Source of the DNA: Eledone cirrhosa
Taxonomy: Eukaryota
NCBI GenBank assembly: GCA_964016885.1
Contig: OZ024741.1
Location: forward strand, 238,638,001-238,702,000
Reading direction: 5' to 3'
Length of the DNA stretch: 64,000 nt
Shown here piece after piece: positions 48,580 to 62,779 of this stretch. Positions within the stretch are counted from its first letter, which is position 1. Each line of letters begins with the position of its first letter. The notes under the pieces were generated by a model, which saw only the letters and a list, made by a program, of their open reading frames with translations, had not been told where the DNA came from and made no database searches. The position numbers and the translations under genes are program-made.

Positions 48580-50377
48580 AAATTGAAACAAGGGGCTAAC
48601 ATTATAGAAGTTATATATTATTAAGTTTAGAAATAATTTTGCCTCTAGCTCACAAAGGTCTTGAATGATATTCTGAAAAATAGCAAAGGAGATTATGATG
48701 ATAAAAAGGTCCATATATATTTTTTAGAGGACCAGTTAGATAATACTTCAAACCAACTATCAGATATTGTAAGATTATGCCTTTCTTTCTATTTGATCGT
48801 AAAATAACCTACTTATATCCATCAAATATAAGCCACATAATTTGGTAGAAGAGCAGAAACTGACATCAGAATATATATATTTCAATATATTTGATTTAAA
48901 ATTCACTTTTAACCCTTTTTATACTAAACTGCCTGAAACCACCTCTTATTCTATGATACAGAACTGCTGATTTTAAAAATCCTTCAATCATAATTTTAAA
49001 CAAGAACCTTTATTATATAAAGTTATATTAAGTTTCAAACACCTTAATAAAGAAAAAGTTGGGTTTATTACTAAACCCCTTCAAATTCTTAGATATTGTG
49101 CAAATCATAAGCAGTTAATATATCAAGAAAAAAAGTACCATACTTGAAAATGAGTAGGGGTTGGCATCAAGAAGTGCATCTAGTCATAGAATAACTGTCA
49201 CAAACAAGTCTCATCCAACTCATGCCAGCATGGGAAATGGACATGAATATGATGCCGATAATGATTTTAATATATTTATACATTTACTTTGAACATTTCA
49301 GAGTTTATTTTTGACATACACTGTAACATAGATTAGGCAGTTTTGTTTCTGAATAATGGTAAACCATTTTATTTAAATAAATAAAGAATTACATTGAAAA
49401 CAAATGTTCTTTCTTGGTGATATTGAGAGAAGATAAATTGTTCTGTTAATACTTATCTAATAAATACTTTATTATTTTAACTAATTTATTTTGTTTATGA
49501 TTGCTTATGAAAGTTTTATTTATGGTTTCTTTCATTAATCATATTTTCACCTGCTCAAGCTATGAGAAATGAATCTACTGTAATTTTGAATAATAACTTT
49601 GTTCTACCAACTTAAATCTTCAATTTTCCTTCTGTAAACTATAATTTAAAGAATGCCAAAGTGGTTTGTTGAACACACACGTAGTTAATCTATATAGGTA
49701 TGAGTCTGATCATCACCAGTTTTATATTTATTTTTTCTATGTTAGTATAGGTTGGATATTTTTGGTGAAATTCTATGGCCTGATGTTTTTCCAGAGTCCA
49801 TCACTTGTTTGTTTTCAAGTAAGGTACAGATTTTGATTACAAATAGCTTTTGAAAAGTGTAAAGAGAAAAGACAAATGCACGCACTCATATATAAAATAC
49901 AATGTCTATGTATCAGTCTGTCCTCTCTATCCATACTCCCCTCCATCATCCTTTTTTACATACACTACATTATGTTCTTCCTCTCTCTCTCTCTGATCTT
50001 TGAGTTTATTAGAACAAATTAGAAGAGAGAGAGAGTGTGTATGTGTAGATGGACAGATTGCAATATATATACCAATTATGTAATGAGGTTGTAGTTGCTG
50101 CAGAGTAATATAGGAGCCATATAATACCAACAGTTGCATCCTGGATGTTCATCATCCCCATACCAGTAACTTGAGCAGATTGGCTGTTGTTTATTTCAGA
50201 GGGCTGGGGTATGGTTTTGAAAGAGATGTTTGAATTTAAATTATGATTGATGCAGTTTGATTTTGTGGGTAGGGTTGGTTGTAGGATTGTGGTTTGCATT
50301 TGCTTGGGTTTGCAGAGGGTATGGGTCGGGTTTAAATTTGTTTACATTCTAGTTGAGGTATATAAGGTCTTACATAC

Positions 50378-50700
50378 TAGCTAATTAGCTCATTCTGTTT
50401 GCTTCCAGCTATTGCCTGTGGCAAATTTGAAATGTTTGTTTCACCCACATTTTACAATTTAGTAAGTAAAATAATCCATCTATACTTTTCAGAAATTGAT
50501 TTTTTAAAAATTATTACAAAATAGAAAGGAGAGAAGTTGGAGCAGATTATTATATATATTTTTTTTATTAATATCACAATTATGATTATATATTGAATAA
50601 TATACAATGTAAAATATGAGTATGAGCAAAGTGAACATTTCAAGCCTGCCACAGATGTCTGCTGGAAGTGAGCAGTATGAGCTCATCACCTATTATATAT
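50378..50700. repeat. Tail-to-tail pair of old PLE-like ends with decayed hammerhead cores
   Basis: 50378-50460 (+) is homologous to the reverse of 50600-50695 (gtgatgagctc...ttgaaatgtt). Confidence 0.4.
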
Positions 50701-50716
50701 GTATATATATTATAGT

Positions 50717-51700
50717 CTGCTCCTTCCACTCAGCCCTTGACTTCTCCTCTTCTATTCCCACTACTTCTGATCATTTCCTGGACATCTCAGTCTCTATTGA
50801 TTCCACCCATTGCTCTCTCTTTACCTCAACTTTTTTGAAACCCACTGACTCCCACTCCTATCACACCTTCTCTTCCTCTCATCCCGTTCACACCAAACAC
50901 TCCATTTCCAACTGTCAATTCTTTCATCTCTGCTGCCTGTGTATCCAAACCCATGATTTTGAGGTTCAGGCTTTATACATGTTTAGATTCTTCACTCGGC
51001 ATGGATACTCCCCTACCCTAATATAAGCTGCCCTCTCCTGTGCCAGTGGAGCTGACCATAGCGCTGCCCTTACACCATGACCCCCCCCCCCCCTCCCAGC
51101 CCAGCAACTGACTACCATTCTCCCTCACCTACCACCCTTTGCTTTGCCCATCCACCAGAAAATGACCCTCCATCTCTTCTGCTGCCTACAGTTGGATCAC
51201 TCCACCTACCCCATTTTCCCTTTTAAGTATACATGTAACCTTAAGAACCTCCTCGTTGGCAGTTCTGTTCCTCCCAACTCCTCTTCTGGATCCCATCTAT
51301 GCTCCAGAAATGCTGCTGCCACACATGCAGCTTCATTACCCACACCGCCACCCTCATTTGACCTGACGGCTGCTTCTTTATTATTTGGAACCCCTTCGGC
51401 TGTACCTCCACAGTCCTCATCTATGGGCTCTGTTGCACTTTATGTGAGGTCATCTACATTGGTCAAAGTTGCCGACAGATTCACAGAGCATAATTGGGAC
51501 ATCTGGGTCAGCTTTCCATCTCTGGTCTCCTGACATTTATACTTTATCAGCCATTCTACACACCACCATTCGGCATGGCATCCTACACTGGGACCATGGA
51601 CCTGCACCATCAGAAAGAACAGTAGTCTACTTTTTCTATATACATCTTACAGCTTTGGTGTGAATGCTCCTCCCTTCTTCCTCAAATCTGCTCTCCCCAC
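50717..51700 (+). mobile_element. Decayed Penelope-like element (Neptune-like)
   Basis: 'FLDISVS..KPTDSHSY..SSSHPVHTKHSI...QF' thumb region and GIY-YIG remnants (tgtacctcc...tacattggtcaa). Confidence 0.8.
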
Positions 51701-51776
51701 TGCACTTTCCACCCACATCCCATGTGCACACCAACACATACATAATCCTTGCACCACACTGAAATAGTCACACTCA

Positions 51777-52190
51777 CATCATCATCATCATCGTTTAACG
51801 TCCATCTTCCACGCTTGCATGGGTTTGGACGGGAGTTTTCCCACTTGAGGCAAGAGTGGTTGTCTTGCTCGTATAGGACTGTCTGGCGGGTTTTTCTACG
51901 GCTGGATGCCCTTCCTAACACCAACCACGTTTACAATGTGGTCTGGGAGGTTTTTACCGTGCTACCTACATGGCCACATTACACAGTGGACTGTGTGTTT
52001 TTTTGTCGTGTCACCTACACGACCTCGTTTGTTTCGGACTGGATGTTGTGGTACCAACATAACTTTACATTGAAAGGGGTGGTGTGGATGGGGTGGGGAT
52101 AGTGGGACGGGGGGGGTATTTTTGTTAGAGGTGCCTACTGACTGTAGTAGGTTTCACTTTGTACTTAGGTAAGGCGGGTCTTCTGTATTA
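51777..52190 (-). mobile_element. RTE 3'-UTR fragment, same subfamily as 29948-30360
   Basis: Near-identical to 29948-30360. Confidence 0.88.
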
Positions 52191-52705
52191 CACACTTAGA
52201 TACATTATACAACAAAAAACTTCAATACACTTGCTCATAAATACATAGAAAACTATACTCACACACACAAAAATCTGCACATGTACGTAAGCATACATTT
52301 TCACTTAGTATTGTATATTATTGCATTACTATGATGAAATTTCATATTATTTTCACTCTAGTTATTTCACTTTTTTTAGTTAGATTAAGTGTTTTTTCTC
52401 ATATAACTTTATTTGATGCAGGCAAAGACCAATCACGCACATATATGATGCAGATATAGCCAGACATATGTAACAAAACAAAAAGAAATCACCAACTATG
52501 TATGCTCCACTTCAGTGGCACATATGCACATACATACAAAGTAGAATTAGGTACAGCACACATACTCACATGTCCCTCCTTTTTATCCTCTTTTATCTAT
52601 GAACCTCATCTTTGTGTTTCATTGTACTCCTCTACTCCTGATGAAGAATGACTAATGTTTTTCAAATATGAACCTTGTATCTCTGTGTTTTCTCTCTCTC
52701 TCTCC

Positions 52706-52738
<33 letters not shown>

Positions 52739-52779
52739 AATAATATATATATACACACACACATACATACATATATCTG

Positions 52780-53600
52780 TATGATAAAGAGCTGAGATGG
52801 CCCATATACAGAATGAGATCTCCTGATATGCAACAGATGCGGTCAGGGTAGCAACAGACATACTAGCACAGTGAAATTCCAAAGAGTTTTCACTGAAAAC
52901 GGCTACTCTATTTCTCTCACCAAACACCAAAATTCTAAGGCAGCAACGCATAAAAGAACAAGAACATGTGCCCCTAAGTATAAGATATGCTGCCTAAAGT
53001 TGCCACATAATAGTGAGAAGATGACAGCTGCCATCAGACAAGCTATCTGTAGGGAGGGTCTGAATATACGAGTGGCACACTGAGGAGACTGCTCTACTGA
53101 GACCAACCCACATACAGTGGTAAATGTACACTTCCTAATTGTCTCATCAACAACACAGAAGTGTGCATGAGAGCATATGTGATCTATAAGATTATGTGCA
53201 AAAAATGTAGCTCCTCATACATTGGAAGCATAAAGAGTCTTCACTTATGGATCAAGGAACACATGACAATGAGAGCCTCTTCTGTTGAAAAAGCATCTTG
53301 ACAGATGGCACAACCAAGACATTGAGGTCACCATAGAGGTGATTGAAAGGAATATGAGAAAATTAAGAATTAAGGAAGCCATTTTCATCAGTTGAATAAA
53401 ACCAGAGATAAATAATAAATCAGAAATGAATGAGGCAGAATTGTTACTGTAAAAACCCTGTGCATGCGTTTTTCAAACAAATATATCAGTTTGGGAAGAA
53501 AACTCTGAAAACTCAGATTGCTCATTTGTTTTGTTTTAGACTGTTTCGGCTTCACATCTAAAAAGGGGTAATAGCCTTGAAACATCATGCTAAAATATAC
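52780..53600 (+). mobile_element. Decayed Penelope-like GIY-YIG end
   Basis: 'FTENGYS', 'LKLPHNSE', 'IYKIMCKKCSSSYIGS', 'IKEH', 'IKEAIFI' remnants. Confidence 0.7.
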
Positions 53601-53744
53601 TGGGTAAAACATTACTTTGTTTTGTTTCATTTGTCATCATTTTCCCTTTGTATTTTTCTACCACTTTTTTTTAACCATAAAAAAAAAAAAAAATTATCAG
53701 TCTTTTAGTAATTAAGTTTAATGTTTGGTATAGTAGGAAAAGAA

Positions 53745-53780
53745 TCTTAACATTTCAGACGTTAGTCCTTCATCAGAAGA
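53745..53780 (-). ncRNA. Minimal hammerhead motif (same family as 39382)
   Basis: Minus strand: tctt-CTGATGA-a-ggac-taac-gtct-GAAA-tg-tt-aaga. Confidence 0.6.
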
Positions 53781-54129
53781 TAGAATGATAAATGAAAGGA
53801 GAAATAAAAAGATAGAGAGTGAGTAGAGGAAGAAATGGAAAAAAAAGGTTTTTTAGATAAAGTATGTGCGTGATTAGTAAGCCATTTTGGGAAAGAGCTG
53901 GTCATAATGTATCTTAGATACTAGAGAAGTTTTGAAAGGGAGATAATCCTTGTTTATTATAAGTGGGCATGTGTGCTTGTTTATTTGTGCAAAGCTGTGA
54001 GGGTTTGTGCACAAGATCATGACAAAGTTGGGATCTCTGTTGAGACTGTAGAGGTGTGCATGCATGTGTGTGAGCTGACCATTTCAGGGAGTGAAGAATA
54101 AGCATGCATGATGGGTTTTTACAACCTGA

Positions 54130-54870
54130 CGGTTGTTTAGTTGTTGATTGTCATCAAAGCCCTTCCACCACACATTCTGTAGCTTCCTCAGTGACTACTT
54201 TTTGTTATTATTTTGTGTCTCTGCTTTGTTCTGTCCTACACCATCTTGTTTTTGTGAGCTGTGGACACAGTACAACATAATACTGTTTCCAAGGTGGTAG
54301 AGTGCTAAGGAAGTTGACATTCTGCTCAGTCTGCTTTAACTTGTCTATCTTAACTAGCTTTTTAGATTCAGCTTTGGCTATGCAGTACTGTGTTGATGTT
54401 GTTTCTATCTCTATTCTGATTTTGCGTTTGTTTTTAATAGCTGTTAGAGTTTCCTGGAACATCCATTTAGAGTATGTGTGATCATTTATGGTCTTGTTTG
54501 TGTGAACTGCAGATCATCTATGATGAATAAAGTCGACACCTTTCAAAGCCATATTATGAAGTTCATGACAAACCACAAACTACTCAACCATATAGCTGCT
54601 AAATTAATTCCTGTAATATTGCATAATCAAAAGCAAAGTCATGAAGCTCTTTGGTCATGTAAAACATTTACAAAAAGGTCTTTTTAAAACATGTATAGAG
54701 GGTATGATTCAGGATAAAAGAAATAGGGGTAGGCCACCGAGGTGCTGATGAGATAACATCTATAAATGGTCCGGTCTACATTTACATGAACTAAAAGCCA
54801 TGCAAAATAGGAAATTTTGGAAGAAACTAAGTCATGTAAGTACACACTCTGCTGCAAGCAGAGAGAGTAA
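54130..54870. mobile_element. Old RTE-like LINE remnant with opposite-strand halves
   Basis: Minus 54208-54462 resembles the APE-RT linker; plus 54640-54780 reads 'GHVKHLQKGLFKTCIEGMIQDKRNRGRPP' (RTE C-terminus). Confidence 0.45.
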
Positions 54871-54924
54871 ATGATGATAATGCTCACACACACACAGACA
54901 TTCACATACACACACATCTAAAAA

Positions 54925-55072
54925 ATTTACTCACAAGGCTTTGGGTAAGTGTCTTTTACTATAGCCTAGCTGAAGCTAGGCTATAGTAAAAGATACTCAC
55001 CCAAATGCCACACAGTGGGATTGAATCCAAGCCTTTGTGATTGCAAAGTATATTTCTTAACCACACTGCCAA
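54925..55072 (-). mobile_element. tRNA-derived SINE with internal inversion
   Basis: Reverse head ggcagtgtggttaag...ggattcaatccc; 30-bp hairpin at 54941-55004. Confidence 0.65.
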
Positions 55073-58000
55073 CTCATTTGCATTTGCTACATTTCAGTAA
55101 GAAAAATTGTAGGATTTGAGGCCCTAACTTTGTCAATCAAGTTCTACCTCAGAATATTTATGTCTATTATGAATGAATACCTATGATAAACTTTTCATAT
55201 TATAATTAATTTTGCTTCAGTTTGGTCAATGTGAATAATTCATATTGGATATTTTGTAAGGATAGAAAATAAATGATTTGCTTCTCCCTGCCAATTGCAA
55301 TTTTAGCATAATATATTGTCTACTTTTTTTTGCTAGACAATAGTTGGTAATTGGTTCAATGGCAATATGTCATAGGCATAATTCTTATGTTTTATTATAC
55401 AGTATATTCTCTTTTTAATGACAAAGAATATTTCTTTCTCATATTAAATGAAGTGTAATTTAGAAAATTATTATTGTTGAATAGTAATCCATTATGATAG
55501 ACTATGGAATGAAATAGCTTATTCCAATGCACAAGATTGGGATTAATCAAGCTATGAAACTTAACAGATATCATTTTCCACATGCATCCATATAATGCCA
55601 TGATGAAAATAAAATAAAAGAAAAGCTAACAAATATGAATGCATTTTACTGAATAATATCAGTTAGAAAGAGTTCTTCGAATCTATCTCCAATAATAGGC
55701 TTAAATCTATATTATCTATATTAAAAGAGAGAATTTATGGTTAAAAGGCAAAGTTTAAAATAACACTGAAAAAAATCTGCTGTATAATGGTATCAGTAAT
55801 GGTACCTTAAAAATACCATAACTATTATCCTCATTAAGACCAAGATCTATTTCTAAAAACCAATTTTGAATTTGTGCTGAGAGACTAGAAATCAATCTTT
55901 TTCTGTCTTCTCTTTCTTTCTTCATTTTCATTTTAATAATTAAGTTGTAATGTTTCTTTCCAATCTCCTGTACATGAATATTTTACTGCTAGCTCAATAC
56001 TAAAGCAGTAATAATAATAAATTCAAGTAAATATCAGTGAATTTACAATATGCAATTCTTTTTAAAGGTTTTATTGGTTTTTCATGGTGCTGTCTTAAAG
56101 TGGTGGTGGCACCTTTCATCATAGCTGCTTGATAATGATTTTTGGAGGAATTTCTGAAATGTTGTTATGAATAAAATTATTGAAAGAAATTTGAAATCTT
56201 ATGTACTAAACAGACTAAAATTTATTAACACCACAAAAAGCATGGCTTGGATGCTGCAGACTTCCTTCCCAGCTTGAACTAGTGGGGCTGGACCGATGGG
56301 ATGGTAAAAGGTATGATAGCATGACAATCTTCCTATTCTGCAGTGGTAGGCCCTTCATCTGAGATGCCACATGTTGTGACACTTTCTCCAGTGGCAACTT
56401 GGTCCATTCGGCTACCAACCCAGGTTTCACAGCTCATCAGGCTAAAGAGAGCGAACTGTCAAAGTATCAGCCATTCTCTATTAGGTTTGTAGTTGAGCCT
56501 GTAGCAGTGGAGACTTCCAGTGTTCTTAGCCCCCGACAACATCCCTATTCACTGCTATTGGGGGTGGAATTCACTACTTGCAAGTGAAAACCCTGCGAAT
56601 TAGAGTGACTGTTCCCACATGTCTCCTTTGCCATCCTCTAGGACAATGTGTTCTTTATTCTGTTTGTTGGGACTATGAGATGGACTAACCCTTAAACAGT
56701 GAGTTGTAGTTGTTGAAATTGAAGGTCTTGTAGCACCTCACATTACAGAGTCAACTAGCACTGACAGAATTGTATTTGTTTGGCAAGTAACTTGATCTGA
56801 GACCATATGCAGAAAGTAGGTGAATTTACAAAAATATTTTTAAAAGTTGCTTCTTCACTTCATATACAACATTAACAATATAATGTATATTTTGAATTTA
56901 GGCTGTGTATGTTTACTAGATGAGTCACATGCTGGTTTTTCATGTGGAAAAAGGTGACTTAAATATGTGTTTATACAGTTACTGCTTTTCTAATATTTAA
57001 GGGACTATTAAAGCAATTAGATTAATATAAATGCAGTGTACTTTTCTACTCAGAAACTCTATTTTAGCTCTTTATCTGGTGAATTTAACTCATTAATAAA
57101 CTGATGTTGTTCAGTATAAGTAATGACATTAATAATTGACCAAATAAATATTTTAATTCATAAAGCCAAATTTGAATAAATAAAATATCCAAAATACTGA
57201 CTGACAGTTTAAACTTAATACATTTTTTGTTTAACATCACCACCACCAGACCTTTCAGTTGCAAACAACCAGACAAAATTTCCAGTTTGAGAATACCTCT
57301 CTCCATCCTTCCCCCTCTCGTGGAGCTCCTGTAAAGGATCATGGGCACTGTCATTCCCTAACTCTTAAGTAAAATTAAAAAAAGATATCAGACTACTAAA
57401 ATCCAATTAGAGAAATGGGAAATTAATTAACAAAATAGATTATAAATAGAAATAAAAATAAATTAATCAAATAAAATTCAAATTAAAGCAAATAATATAG
57501 GAGTTTTTAACAAGTCTGTTAAAATGTCTCCTCTCTCTTTTCTTTTTTTTTTTTTGATTTCTTAGAATCTATATAATTGAAATTGAATCTCCAAAATGAT
57601 TCTATATATGGTCTAAAGGTCTGTGTATTTAACATAAAAAAAGGATTATATTCTTTTTAAGAAAGAGACATTTTTAGATTTGAAGTCACTTACCATATAT
57701 ACTCATGTTTACATTGCACTTTCATTTTACATACAACATTTACAATATACCATATATTTTAAATCAGATTTTGTTGATCCAGTAGATAAATTGCATGCTG
57801 GTTTTTCTCATAGTATTTTTGTGGAAAAAGAGTGCAGCTTATACAAGAATATATACAGTAAATGTTTTAAATAACCTGCTTCAACAGGGAAAATTAGAAT
57901 TTGAAACAGGGCTTATATAATAATAGCAGAAGAGATAGTGTACACCTAAACTTAGCTTCTAATATAATGACATGTTTCCAAGTGAAGAATGAGAGCAATA

Positions 58001-61000
58001 ATGAAGCATGGATTTTTACAAGTAGCCTCTTTACTGAATAACAAGTTTTTATTGCAGTAATAAATTTCATTGACTTTTAATAAAGTATTTCAACAGCCAT
58101 ACATTTTCTGTCCAATTATTATTCTATTGAAGTGTTTGCTTAGGAATGAACAGGATATGACCTTTACAATCACAATGTTCTATTTAGTATGGTAAGAGAC
58201 ATTGATAAATGATTTCAACATTATATTTACACAGTGTAGCTTTGTTTATCACTACAAAAGCAATCCTCCATGCAATATTGCACGATAATCCAATAAGCAG
58301 TTAAGATTTCACTCCCACCTCTCCATTTACTACTTTTCCAATTGACCTTTTAATGCACTTGAGATGCTGAAGCTGATTTAGATGGAAGATATATGAGTAT
58401 TGGGTTATTGTTATTGTTGGTGTTGTTGGAGTTTTATGACAGAGAGCATACTTTTGAAAATGCATATATTTGTCTCTGATATTAATTCTAGTCAATTAGC
58501 CAAACGATACTTTAATATGTGAAGTAGACTGAGAGATTATTTTCCCACCATTGATTGTTTTTATTTTGTCTTGTCATAATTCTGCACTAATATTCACCAT
58601 TGACACATCACATTTCATTCATATTTGTTTGTTGTTTGTTATAATCCTTCTGCTTATCTGTATCTCTGCACACAAACGTACATGCATACACACATACATA
58701 AAGATGCATGCATGCACATACCCATACATACATTCATACACGTACATTTATGTATTATGTTCTCCTCAATTTGAAAATGACTGCATTGAAAAGATTGCTT
58801 TGATAAATGTATAATCCCAAAAGAAATATATCAGGACTAATTTGAAGCTGTAATATGTAAAGTTTAAGCATGTCTGTCTAATTACAAAAGTCATTAACTT
58901 GTTAACATTTATGACATTTCAGTAATTTTCAATTAAAATATTAACTTCACCATATCATATTATCATAGCTTTCAGGTAACTGGCAGTCTCTCTGGCATAG
59001 TATAGTAGTTTTCTAAGAGTTTCTACATCAAAATGACTCAAAACATATTGCTTTCTGTTCATGTATTCAAAACTTCCACTACTTGCTTTAGTGATAGGTT
59101 TAATTTTACATTATATTTGCTTTCTTGATAAATATCATCTAACTCAGGGAAACTAGAAGAATGTTCCTCCATATGTTAACTGTTATGTCTATCCTATTCT
59201 TATTTGCTGTATTGATATATATATTCTGTTTGTTATTTTTATTGTATGTCAGTGCTGGGTCTTTTACTGCATTCGATCTCATAAAATAACGAATGAGAGT
59301 TGTAAGTTGAATATCAGTTATGATGTGCCATAGCTTACAATGAATATTTTCTCAAATTATATAGCATTCCTTACTTTCCTCCAAACCCCGTTATAGAAAA
59401 TGTAATGAAAAATGGTTCTATATAAAAATATATATTTGAAGAAAACTTGAAGACAGGTGATATAAATTATGTTTTTCTCTGAGACTTTTCTTTTAAATTG
59501 TTAAAGTGTTCCAAAAGGCATTTGCATTCTGTTGAAAACTCCACACAAATCAACATTTATATTTATATTTTACTATTCTTCTCAACACTAAACTGTACCA
59601 TATGAATAGAAGTTTTGTTAGTCAAATAGACTGAAGTTAGCAGAGTTATATCTCATACAAATGGAATAAATATCATGGTTAATGTATGTTTCATGATATA
59701 ATTAGAATTTACTTGTGCATCTTAATTACTAAGACCAATATGGAAAAAATAGTTGTCTTTGTCTCCCTCCAGTTTTAAACATATTTATCTTACATTTATA
59801 ATAAATCCATTGATAAATCCTTTTCATATGTCACTTCTGCTTCAGACAAGTATAAGTAATATCTATGTTAAAGGATGCAAGTTTTATCTGTTTTGAAACA
59901 TTGTTGCTATTTATCAACAACTCATCACAAAATTTGATAGACTGAAATCTGTCCATGAATATTCCTTAAAAGATTTTGAATCACTTATTTCAAACTCAGG
60001 AAACAGAGTTTTTATTAAAAAAATGATGTAGAAAGAATTAACATTCTATTGATGCTGGAGTAGGAGAGAGAAGAATAAGATAGGTTTGGAGAAGATAAAG
60101 CAAACAACATTTTTAACCCTTTAGATTGTTTTCTTTTTGGTGTAAAGATAAACATGGTAGAATTCTCCATGAAGAAGTGATGATGGGTATATACCAAAGA
60201 ATATGGTTTTCAAAGATACTCTCTCCTAAGATTGTACCTTTAATATTATACATTGCCAGCAATTTCAGTTTTCAAAGTAACTGTGGAATTCCCATGGTAT
60301 TTGCTAGTTAAGAGTAATTTTGATATCTTTTGACTAAATACACAATAAGGGTTTAATTGATGGATTTCTCTGGTATATTTCGATAGAAAGAAAAAGAAAG
60401 TTAATAATGATAGGATTTGAACTTAGAATCTAAAGAACTGACACAAATACATAAAAATTAAATTATCTATTATATCTGTCAATATTACCATTCATTTGGT
60501 AAAGCATCAGCAACTAACACAATATCATCATCCCCATCAATTTAACAAACATTTCTTCATATTGGCATGAGTTAGACAGATGAGTAAATCAGCATTTTCT
60601 TAGGCATTTTTTTCTGGAATTTATTTCACCCTTTCTAAAATACCCATTCACTAGCATAGCTGGGTGGAATGGGGGAACTTTTGGTCATCTTTGATGCATT
60701 GAGTTTTTCATTGGCAAATCCAATGACAGTCCTGGCTGTACAAACTCTAGCTATTCCACTGAACCCAACTCTCCAATTTAAGATTGTTATTATGGTTCAC
60801 ACCTGCACATATTTTTCTTGCCTCATGTGAGGTTGTATCTTATATCCATGTTAATAATTTAAGAGATGAGAAATGAATGAAACCTATCAGGTAAACAAAT
60901 AAATCTGCTTGAGAGTTTACAGAGTAGACATGGTGAAAGGATTTCTGATGCCAAGAATGACAACATTGCTATCACAAAATTTCTCAAGGTAAAAATAATA

Positions 61001-62003
61001 CTGTTGTGTGTCAGAAGAAAACATATCTCTGATAACTGTGTTTATACAGTAACTTTGAGTGAAGAATGTTACACTAAGTTATTTAGAATAAATGGGTGAG
61101 TGGCAATACAGATATTTTGGAGATCGATATTAATAACAACAAATGTAATATCAATATTGGTAACAATAACAATAGTGTTAACTACAATGTAAATGACATC
61201 ATTCAACAATGTGATAACTGTAATAATATTAATATAGCACTTTACTACATCACTTGTTATCTACTATAGGTGCTGTGTATAATCTATTTTGTCAGCTCTA
61301 CCTAGAAATTAGTGTGTTATGCACAATAACACCCTAATCTTTTTCCTCTTCTATAGTATCAGAAATTATTTTATCTATGCCAAATAGAATAAAAGTGGAA
61401 GTCAGTTTTGACAAGATTGGAACTGGAGACAATAGCATCACAATTCCCATTAAAACTGACAATAGTTCATAAGATTCTTATAAATAAAACGTTAGCAACA
61501 TTAGCAAGTGTATTGTCAGAAAACACACAGTGCCATCGTCAATACTGCCATCTTCAAGCTTCAATGTCTTTCTTCCCCACCACCATCATTTCTACAACTA
61601 TCTCAACCACCTCTATCATTATTCCACTATTGCCTGGTAGTAACAACAGGAATAATACTAATAAATCAACAGAAACAACTGATAAAAGATGAGCTCATAG
61701 ATAACAAAAAAAATAGATAAATTTAAATATTGTTCAAACTTGTGCTGAGAATTCATTTTTATCAGGAACCCAGACTGACAGTAGATTTCATTACAGTAGA
61801 GGATCTGTCGAGAATAACAATGGCTTTCACAGCAAGTGACAACAGAAAGGGCATTATTAATTCTTATCAGTTTTCTTTCTTTTTTTTTCACACTTACTTT
61901 TTATTGTTTCCATAGAATTTTTAGATTTATCAGATATAATAGTGTATTAAAATTTTCTCTTTTTTTTTCAATGTCACGTTCTTAAATTTATTGTTATTCA
62001 AAT

Positions 62004-62313
62004 ATCTTCTTCTTCTTCTTCTTCTTCTTCTTCTTCTTCTTCTTCTTTTTTTTTCTTCTTTTTTCTTCTCCCTTTTTCTTCTTCTTCTTCTTCTTCTTCT
62101 TCTTCTTCTTCTTCTTCTTCTTCTTCTTCTTCTTTTTTCTTCTTTTTTCTTCTCCCTTTTTCTTCTTCTCCCTTCTTCTTCTTCTTCTTCTTCTTCTTCT
62201 TCTTCTTCTTCTTCTTCTTCTTCTTCTTCTTCTTCTTTCTTTCTTTTTTCTTCTTTTTCTTCTTTTCTTCTTTTTCTTCTTTTTTCTTCTTCTTTTTCTC
62301 TCCTTCTTCTTCT
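62004..62313. repeat. Compound (CTT)n / polypyrimidine tract
   Basis: Direct reading; source of the spurious poly-L/S and poly-K/E ORFs. Confidence 0.95.
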
Positions 62314-62779
62314 TGCAATCTATTTATCTCATCCAGCCTTGGTTTCTTTTCAAAGAGATCTTTCAATGTAAACAGTTGATACTGTACATTTCTGTAGAGT
62401 TTCCTCTGAAGTAAATATAATACAGTCAATATTGTATATATCAATGCTACATGTGACACACATAACATTCATTCTTTTAGCTTTCAGGGGATTGGTTGGA
62501 ATGAGAAAACTCTGCAACTCAAAGTTGTCTTTATCTTCATGGTAAGCAGAGTTATTGTTTGAGGCAAAATATTATAGAACAAATGTTGGTATTTTATTAG
62601 CTGGATCCTTTGTTTCACTACAAAATTGTCAGTGCAAAACCTATACTTCTACTCATAATATTACAATATGTAATCCATATTTATGATATATTTCAATACT
62701 AAAGATGGAATCTTAATACTAAATATGCCACATTTGTAGGTAAAATTATTTCATAGTGTATGATAAAAATATATACTGT

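Noticed and set aside
52638-52670. CTGATGA motif as a hammerhead
   Set aside because: No GAAA and weak stems; at best a decayed relic.
61991-62468. Poly-Leu/Ser and poly-Lys/Glu ORFs
   Set aside because: Translation of the (CTT)n tract.
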